In this document: piece by piece, positions 53,432 to 58,909 of the stretch
Position numbering within the stretch: position 1 is the first letter of the stretch
Layout of the letters: each line of letters opens with the position of its first letter
Source: a virus
Strand: one strand, 5' to 3'
Length of the DNA: 58,909 nt
IMG/VR virus record: IMGVR_UViG_3300045988_121717
The notes under the pieces: model-generated
Databases searched by the model: none
What the model saw: only the letters and a program-made list of their open reading frames with translations
What the model was told of the DNA's origin: nothing
Position numbers and translations under genes: made by a program

Positions 53432-54238
53432 TCAAATAGAGGCATTCAGCGCACTAAGACTGATGGGGGCGGTCAGAATGCGGTGATGACGGCAGCAGTC
53501 ACACATCTCACAGCGGTCAGGCTCGACATCGCCATTGCGGAGCTGGACAATGCGCGGCATATTCGATTCCACAGCAGCCAGAGCTTCATCAAGGAAGTTC
53601 TGCTCGATCTGGATGACGCGGATGTCAGGTTCTTCTTCCTTGGATACGCCAGAGATATAGAACGGCAGCCGCAGACCGGTGTTCTGCCGAACGATTTCCT
53701 GATACACAGCACCCTGAATGTCGTAGCCCCAGTAACGGATAAATTCAAGGTAGCCGAGGTCCTTGACCCACTTGTGCTCGGTCAGGGATGCCATGACCTT
53801 CAGGTCAACGATGGCAGTGCCGGGCAAATAGCTGTCCATCTTGATCTTCCACTTGGCACCAAAAAGCTCGCCGGTCATAATGACCTGCTTCTCGCCAGCC
53901 AGCGTAGACATGAAGAAGGGGTCGCGCTCAATGCGGGCAATGACCTGCTCAGCCTTGGCGAAGTCAGCCTTCAGGGTTCCGTCTTTCTTGAAGATTTCAG
54001 GGTTGTTCTTCTTGAACTCGTCCAGCGTACCCTCGACGTAGCTGTCAACGTAGCTGCCGATCATCATGCCAGAGTTCTTCTTCTGCTGCCAGCGGCCATT
54101 CAGTTCCTCAAGCGCAGTAAACTCGCACCCACGGCGGCCATACGTTCCGACGAACTGCTTATACTGGCTTACGCTCAGGTATTCCTTGTTGGCTTCCTGC
54201 GAGTAGTAGTTCTCCGAGGTCAACACAAATGCTCCCAT
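53432..54238 (-). CDS. PD-(D/E)XK (Cas4/RecB-like) exonuclease, RecT partner
   Basis: IVDLKV core motif and a C-terminal Cys cluster CEMCDCC. Located directly downstream of recT. Confidence 0.7.
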   Translation of the reverse strand: MGAFVLTSENYYSQEANKEYLSVSQYKQFVGTYGRRGCEFTALEELNGRWQQKKNSGMMIGSYVDSYVEGTLDEFKKNNPEIFKKDGTLKADFAKAEQVIARIERDPFFMSTLAGEKQVIMTGELFGAKWKIKMDSYLPGTAIVDLKVMASLTEHKWVKDLGYLEFIRYWGYDIQGAVYQEIVRQNTGLRLPFYISGVSKEEEPDIRVIQIEQNFLDEALAAVESNMPRIVQLRNGDVEPDRCEMCDCCRHHRILTAPISLSALNASI

Positions 54239-54243
54239 GTTCC

Positions 54244-55152
54244 TTATTCCTCCATAATATCAAGCTCTTCCAGCGTTTCGACTTCAGGCACAGGCTGGAT
54301 TTCATTTTTCGGGGCTTCGATGGCGGGCGGCGTGAACGGATTCTCGGCCTCAGCGACATCAGGCTGGTTGTCGCTGTACTGCTCGGTGCTGTCCACCTCA
54401 TACACCTTCTGGTCGTCCTCAATGGCCTTCTGCATCTCGACGGACAAGATGCCCCACTTGCTCAGCAGGAGCTTGATGACAGTTTTCTTTGCCATCGCGT
54501 CAAAATCAGTAGACCACCGGCTGGACTGCTTGCCATCGTTGATGTCGTAGCGGTACGACTGGCTGTATTTCTGCGCGTGGTTGTTGATTTCGGCCTTGCT
54601 CATATACAGCTCCTTGGTGAAGCCGGAGCGGAGCCGGAACCATGCGTAGTAGCCGATAATCTTGTCGGTCTTGCCATCATTGCGGAACTTGCAAGCCGAG
54701 AAGTCGTCAACAAACCGGCATTCGCCGGTGATGGGGTTGTAGCTGACAAGCTCGTCCGCATAAACCTCAGCGCAGTTCATCTTCTCATACTCGCCGCTGC
54801 GGATAGCGAGCTGGATATAGCCCTTGTACATCATCTGGAACTGGGCGAGGCTCTGCTTCACCCACTGGCCATTGATGCAAGTCTTTTTGCTGAACGGAAC
54901 GATGGCACTGAAGCCGAGGTTGCTGTCGATAGGCAGGTCGAACGACGCGGCGACAAATGCGGCAGCCATGATCGAGTTTGGTTCGGACGCTTTAAGCTGC
55001 GGGGATGCGGCCACGACGTTCACGAGCGAGGCCATGAACTGGCTGGACTTCTTGCCGAGGATGTCGTTGAAGCGGGTCTTGATGTCGTCCCGCGCAAGCA
55101 TTCCCTTGATGCTGGCAACGGTGGCGAGCTGGTTATTTTTCGGTGCGGGCAT
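54244..55152 (-). CDS. recT: RecT-family single-strand annealing protein
   Basis: ORF track 54244-55260. Start MPAPKNNQLATV follows AAAGGAG. The RecT-like pattern continues through ...GFSAIVPF...QFQMMYKGYIQLA. Confidence 0.75.
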   Translation of the reverse strand: MPAPKNNQLATVASIKGMLARDDIKTRFNDILGKKSSQFMASLVNVVAASPQLKASEPNSIMAAAFVAASFDLPIDSNLGFSAIVPFSKKTCINGQWVKQSLAQFQMMYKGYIQLAIRSGEYEKMNCAEVYADELVSYNPITGECRFVDDFSACKFRNDGKTDKIIGYYAWFRLRSGFTKELYMSKAEINNHAQKYSQSYRYDINDGKQSSRWSTDFDAMAKKTVIKLLLSKWGILSVEMQKAIEDDQKVYEVDSTEQYSDNQPDVAEAENPFTPPAIEAPKNEIQPVPEVETLEELDIMEE

Positions 55153-55294
55153 TGCGGACTCCTTTCTGCTTGATGGGTGTCGTGAACAGGCCGATGTTGA
55201 GCGGTTCCATCCTTTCAACAGCATCGTACAGCTCCTCATCGGAGCAGATGCCGTATTCAATACGAAGGATTTCTCTCAGCTTGTCGGCGTTCAT
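55133..55294 (-). CDS. Small hypothetical protein (53 aa, MNADKLREILRIEYGICSDEELYDAVERM...)
   Basis: Hand-translated ORF filling the gap between the HTH gene and recT. Confidence 0.45.
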   Translation of the reverse strand: MNADKLREILRIEYGICSDEELYDAVERMEPLNIGLFTTPIKQKGVRNARTEK

Positions 55295-55298
55295 TTGA

Positions 55299-55787
55299 CT
55301 ACCCCAGTTCTTTTTCGCAGACGAGCCGGACCTCGTTCATCGCAAGAGCGATCTCGTCCACATTCTTCAAAATCTCAGCGAGTTCAGGCTTCTCGCTGGC
55401 ATCGACCTGTCCATCTGCGGCCACATCAATGATGCGATGGCGCAGACTGTCGATTTTCGAGTCATCCAGCCCTTTCAGCACTTTCAGGGCTGCCATTGCG
55501 ATGCTGCTGGTTTTGGTGCAGAACGGCATACACGCTCCAATCGGGCACTCGTGCTTGCAGTACCCGGTCTTCAGCTCCGGCTGATGGTACAGATCAGCCA
55601 TAAGGACAACCTTGTCAACCGGGACGAATTTGGTGTTGCCGTTTTCGTAATCAGCGAGGGTGGACACGCTTACGCCGAGGAGCTCGGCGGCCTTTTCGCG
55701 GCTGTAAAGCCTGTCGTCGTATTCTGCGGCAGCTTTTCTAGCCTCAAAGTACACATTTCCGCTCGCTTTTGAGCAGTCTCTTCCCAT
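55299..55787 (-). CDS. XRE-family HTH regulator with a Cys-rich C-terminal domain (162 aa)
   Basis: REKAAELLGVSVSTLADYENGNT is the HTH. It is followed by CKHECPIGACMPFC. RBS AGGAGGAA. Confidence 0.7.
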   Translation of the reverse strand: MGRDCSKASGNVYFEARKAAAEYDDRLYSREKAAELLGVSVSTLADYENGNTKFVPVDKVVLMADLYHQPELKTGYCKHECPIGACMPFCTKTSSIAMAALKVLKGLDDSKIDSLRHRIIDVAADGQVDASEKPELAEILKNVDEIALAMNEVRLVCEKELG

Positions 55788-55819
55788 TTTCTTTGGGTTC
55801 CTCCTGTGTTACGATGTAA

Positions 55820-56023
55820 TCACTGATACGGACTGTCAGGGATGTTCAAGGCATCGCTGATGTTCTTGACAGCGGTTTCGGAGTAATTGCGGCCACTGAC
55901 GATGCCAGATGTGTACTGCTTCGTCAGGCCAACGAGCTTTGCGAGGTCAGAAATACTCATATCGCGCCGCACAAGCTCGATTTTGACATTCTTACACCAC
56001 TGCGGCAGGGGTCTTGCCATCAT
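55820..56023 (-). CDS. Cro-like HTH protein (67 aa)
   Basis: DMSISDLAKLVGLTKQYTSGIVSGRN is the HTH. The ATG at 56023 lies 6 nt after GAAGGAGG. First gene of the leftward operon. Confidence 0.7.
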   Translation of the reverse strand: MMARPLPQWCKNVKIELVRRDMSISDLAKLVGLTKQYTSGIVSGRNYSETAVKNISDALNIPDSPYQ

Positions 56024-56131
56024 TTTGCGCCTCCTTCTCATCATTTTTAATTTACTTTTTACAAGTAAAATGATACAATCAGATTACATCCACTTGGTCG
56101 GTGGGATATTTGAGTAAGTGATTGTAACTTA

Positions 56132-56182
56132 ATTATAGCTGGAATCTTCCAGTTAGTCAATATCATTATTGGAATTTTCCAG
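56132..56182. promoter_or_regulatory. Lysis-lysogeny switch: leftward promoter with two CTGGA-N4-TCCAG operators
   Basis: Minus strand reads TTGACT (56155-56160), a 17-bp spacer, then TATAAT (56132-56137). Operator CTGGAATCTTCCAG (56139-56152) lies in the spacer. A second operator, TTGGAATTTTCCAG (56169-56182), lies next to the repressor gene RBS. Confidence 0.75.
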
Positions 56183-56202
56183 CTATTTTTAAGGAGGTTA
56201 TT

Positions 56203-56568
56203 ATGAGTACAATTTTGGAACGCCTTATCATGCTTCAGGAGCAGTCCGGGATGAACCAGAAGCAACTCCAGAAAGAGCTTGGTCTCTCCAACTCGGCATT
56301 CTCCGACTGGAAGAAGGGCAAGGGTCGTCCATCGGTAGAAGCTCTCGTCCGCTTCTCGGAGTTCTTTGGCGTGTCGATGGACTGGCTGGCATTTGGCAAC
56401 GTAGAAACGTCAGGAAATCAGACGAGCGCAGCGAATCCACGCGAGGCCGCTCTCCTGCTGAAGTACAGGTCCATCTCGAACGAGCAGAAGGTCAGGCTCG
56501 AAGCGTATCTTGATGGCATGGTCGATTCCAATGCGGCTCAGGAGGCCGAGGCAAAAGATGTCGGATAA
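56203..56568 (+). CDS. CI-like XRE-family repressor (121 aa)
   Basis: GMNQKQLQKELGLSNSAFSDWKKGKGRPS is the HTH. Divergent from the Cro-like gene. RBS AAGGAGG. Confidence 0.8.
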   Translation: MSTILERLIMLQEQSGMNQKQLQKELGLSNSAFSDWKKGKGRPSVEALVRFSEFFGVSMDWLAFGNVETSGNQTSAANPREAALLLKYRSISNEQKVRLEAYLDGMVDSNAAQEAEAKDVG

Positions 56569-56911
56569 TCAGACTAAGCGATTTCATCGGCTGATCTCGG
56601 AGGGCAGAATCGTCTTCAAAGCTGCGGCCTATACACAGTCAGAGGACGGCGAGCACCCGGAACATATCACGTTCAAGCTGGATTTTTCCAGCAGTGACAG
56701 CGTGGCTGTTTTCGGTGTGTGGCGCGGGATGTCGCCGGGAGACAGCATCGAAAATATGCTGCTCTGGGACTTCTACGTTGCAGACATGAAAGCTGTCGAG
56801 CCATTCGCGCATGACGGCCTCTTGACGCTGCCGATGCTGAAGGAATCTCCTGCTCAAAAATGTTCGTATGCGGAACTTGGCAAGGTTCTGTATACGAAAA
56901 TGGCCGCCTGA
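56558..56911 (+). CDS. Hypothetical lysogeny-module protein (117 aa)
   Basis: Internal start MSDNQTKRF of ORF 56510-56911. Overlaps the repressor stop by 11 nt. Confidence 0.55.
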   Translation: MSDNQTKRFHRLISEGRIVFKAAAYTQSEDGEHPEHITFKLDFSSSDSVAVFGVWRGMSPGDSIENMLLWDFYVADMKAVEPFAHDGLLTLPMLKESPAQKCSYAELGKVLYTKMAA

Positions 56912-57086
56912 CAAAATCAGACGGTCATTTTTGTATGGAGAATTTGAATTTTCAAGCGGGTTAGTCGTATCCGCGCGAGAGAGCCGCATTGAGGGCGTTT
57001 TGGCTCCAGATGTGGGAAAGTTGTTGAATCGGTTGAAGACGGCCTTAGAGGTCCTTATTTTAGCTTTAGATGGAGAGTGACATAGC

Positions 57087-58808
57087 ATGGCAAAGGTAAA
57101 GCTGCCAGATAAGCCCCGCGTGGCAATATACACCCGCGTATCGACCCTGCACCAGATAGACAAGGACTCCCTGCCGATGCAGCGGCAAGACCTCATCAAC
57201 TACGCACGGCTCATCCTGAACACGGAGGACTACGTTGTCTATGAGGATGCGGGCTATTCGGGCAAGAATACAGACCGCCCAAAATTTCAGGAGATGATGC
57301 AGCAGGTCAGGCTGGGGATGTTCACGCATATCCTCGTATGGAAAATCGACCGTATCAGCCGTAACCTGCTGGACTTCGCCACAATGTACAGCGAGCTGAA
57401 GCAGCTTGGAGTGGTCTTCGTCAGCAAGAACGAGCAATTCGACACCAGCTCTGCGATGGGCGAGGCCATGCTCAAAATCATCCTGATATTCGCGGAACTG
57501 GAGCGTAACATGACTTCGGAGCGCGTGACGGCAGCAATGCTGTCCAGAGCAGCAAACGGACAGTGGAACGGTGGCCGCGTCCCGCTGGGCTATGACTATG
57601 ACCCGGAAACCAAGACGTTCACCATCAACGAGAGCGAGGCGGCAGTGGTCAAAATCATCCACGACAAGTACGAGCAGGAGCGGTCGCTGGTTTCTCTCGC
57701 CAGATACCTCAACGGCCATGGCTACCGCACCCGGACAGGCTGTACCTACTCCCCTTCAACCCTGCTCATCATCCTGCGCAACGTCTTCTACTGCGGAGAC
57801 TACCGTTACAACGTCCTGAAGGATGGCGACAGGCAGAAGCGGAAGAAGGAATCGGAGTGGATTACGGTCAAGGACCACCACCCGGCTATCATCAGCCGAG
57901 AGCAAAAGGAAGAAATCGCGCGGATTCTGAAGGAGAACAGGCGGCTTGAATGCGAGCGGCGCGGTATATACTCCAAGAAAAAGAACGTCCATGTTTTCGG
58001 CGGGCTGGTCATCTGCGGCAACTGCGGCCATGCGATGACATCTACCATCAGGCCAGCAGACCAAGACGGCATCCGTTGGTCTGTCTACGTCTGCCCGACA
58101 AAGCGCAGGAGCGAATATCTGTGCAAAGGCAGGGCCACCTCAGAGGTGGTCTTGGGCGAGTTCGTGTTCAACTACATCCTAAATATGCTGAACGTCCAGA
58201 AAAACTTCGACAGCATAAACTCAGTGGAGGATATGGAGAAGATGCTGCTATCAGGCAGTACATTCAGGGATGTCGATGGTATCGAGCGAGCAGGACTGGA
58301 CGATCTCTACAATATGCTGGCCTCCGGGCTGACGGAGAAGGCTCCATTCGACAGCAGCGTTGAGGTCAGGAAGAAGCCTGTCGTGTCAGACATAGAGCTG
58401 GAAAACCTGAATACGGAAAAGACAAAGATCGAGCGGGCGGCGGAACGCCTTCAAAATCTCTACTTGTACTCAGACGACTCCATCTCTCAGAAGGACTACA
58501 TCATCCAGCGAGAGAAGCTGATGAGCCAGCTCGCTGAGGTCAATGAGCAGATCGGCATGGTCATGTCAAACGCGGACGAGAAGGATGTGTCGGACGAGGA
58601 GTTCGTTCATGCGGCATCAAAGTTCATTCTTACACAGAAGCTCGAAGGCCGAACCTATATCTACTACAAGCGGCTGGCGACAACGGTGTCGCGGGAGGTC
58701 CTGCGTTCGTTCGTTATGAGCATCATCGAGAACATCACGATCTACGATGGCCGGGTGCAAACAATCGTGTTCAAGAACGGCCTCTCACACACTTTCATCC
58801 TGAAATGA
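57087..58808 (+). CDS. int: Large serine recombinase (phage integrase)
   Basis: VAIYTRVSTLHQ (catalytic Ser), DRISRN, recombinase domain, zinc ribbon CGNCGH...YVCPTKR...LCKG, and a C-terminal coiled coil. 573 aa. Confidence 0.9.
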   Translation: MAKVKLPDKPRVAIYTRVSTLHQIDKDSLPMQRQDLINYARLILNTEDYVVYEDAGYSGKNTDRPKFQEMMQQVRLGMFTHILVWKIDRISRNLLDFATMYSELKQLGVVFVSKNEQFDTSSAMGEAMLKIILIFAELERNMTSERVTAAMLSRAANGQWNGGRVPLGYDYDPETKTFTINESEAAVVKIIHDKYEQERSLVSLARYLNGHGYRTRTGCTYSPSTLLIILRNVFYCGDYRYNVLKDGDRQKRKKESEWITVKDHHPAIISREQKEEIARILKENRRLECERRGIYSKKKNVHVFGGLVICGNCGHAMTSTIRPADQDGIRWSVYVCPTKRRSEYLCKGRATSEVVLGEFVFNYILNMLNVQKNFDSINSVEDMEKMLLSGSTFRDVDGIERAGLDDLYNMLASGLTEKAPFDSSVEVRKKPVVSDIELENLNTEKTKIERAAERLQNLYLYSDDSISQKDYIIQREKLMSQLAEVNEQIGMVMSNADEKDVSDEEFVHAASKFILTQKLEGRTYIYYKRLATTVSREVLRSFVMSIIENITIYDGRVQTIVFKNGLSHTFILK

Positions 58809-58812
58809 CAAA

Positions 58813-58852
58813 AGACCCGACGGCATAATCGCCATCGGGTCTTTACTTTTTT
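58813..58852 (+). terminator. Rho-independent terminator after the integrase gene
   Basis: AGACCCGA...TCGGGTCT stem followed by TTACTTTTTT. Confidence 0.7.
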
Positions 58853-58859
58853 CTACATA

Positions 58860-58909
58860 CAAATATCGCAAAAAGCGCGAATTTTGTATCAGACTATCAG
58901 CATAGCATC
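58860..58909 (+). repeat. Terminal direct repeat, copy 2 (identical to 1-50)
   Basis: Exact 50-bp identity with the window start. Confidence 0.95.

Larger units (their letters stand above)
1..58909. mobile_element. Complete temperate contractile-tailed phage genome, circularly closed contig
   Basis: All regions are phage-like: integrase and CI/Cro switch, RecT/exonuclease/DnaC/RusA, terminase-portal-capsid, sheath-tube-tape measure-baseplate, holin-endolysin. The first and last 50 bp are identical. Confidence 0.9.

Overview
The window is one complete temperate phage genome. It is circularly closed: the first and last 50 bp are identical, leaving about 58.86 kb of unique sequence. Strong GGAGG-type ribosome-binding sites, PBSX-like tail genes and a large serine integrase suggest a Firmicutes/Clostridia-type host (inference). 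Nearly all genes are on the minus strand.

Layout, right to left:
- Lysogeny module on the + strand: CI-like repressor 56203-56568, small ORF 56558-56911, serine integrase 57087-58808.
- Divergent switch at 56132-56182, with CTGGA-N4-TCCAG operators.
- Leftward early operon: Cro-like HTH, second HTH, RecT, PD-(D/E)XK exonuclease, replisome organizer, DnaC-like loader, RusA, DUF1351, ArpU/sigma-like late regulator.
- Promoter-leader-terminator element at 49043-49220.
- An unusual, tightly overlapping enzyme operon at 44684-49032: ParB-like protein, ATP-grasp ligase, DDD-motif protein, fold-type III PLP decarboxylase, MgsA/RarA C-terminal-domain-only protein.
- Terminase with a TerS-like N-terminus, portal, head morphogenesis protein, XkdF-like protease, scaffold, decoration protein, gpE-like capsid and neck proteins.
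- Sheath, tube, chaperone with a -1 frameshift, 1450-aa tape measure and baseplate.
- A tail-fibre gene that is the target of a diversity-generating retroelement (VR 19598-19751, TR 19339-19492, RT 17923-19164).
- Lysis cassette at 16010-17247.
- A convergent + strand island at 13401-15908: an XRE HTH gene, a 374-bp repeat-dense spacer, and a DUF262/DUF1524 (GmrSD-like) nuclease containing a G10 tract.
- Left arm 169-13359: about 35 small accessory genes, including a MazF-like toxin, a Lar-like protein, ASCH, DUF551-like and Rha-like proteins. They are split into transcription units by four copies of a conserved promoter module plus a duplicate of the switch promoter/operator.

The strongest novelty candidate is the ParB/ATP-grasp/PLP-decarboxylase operon, a possible macromolecule or DNA hypermodification pathway. 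The DGR, the repeat-rich defence island and the regulatory repeat network are the other main points of interest. All functional calls rest on motif recognition by eye; no database search was possible.
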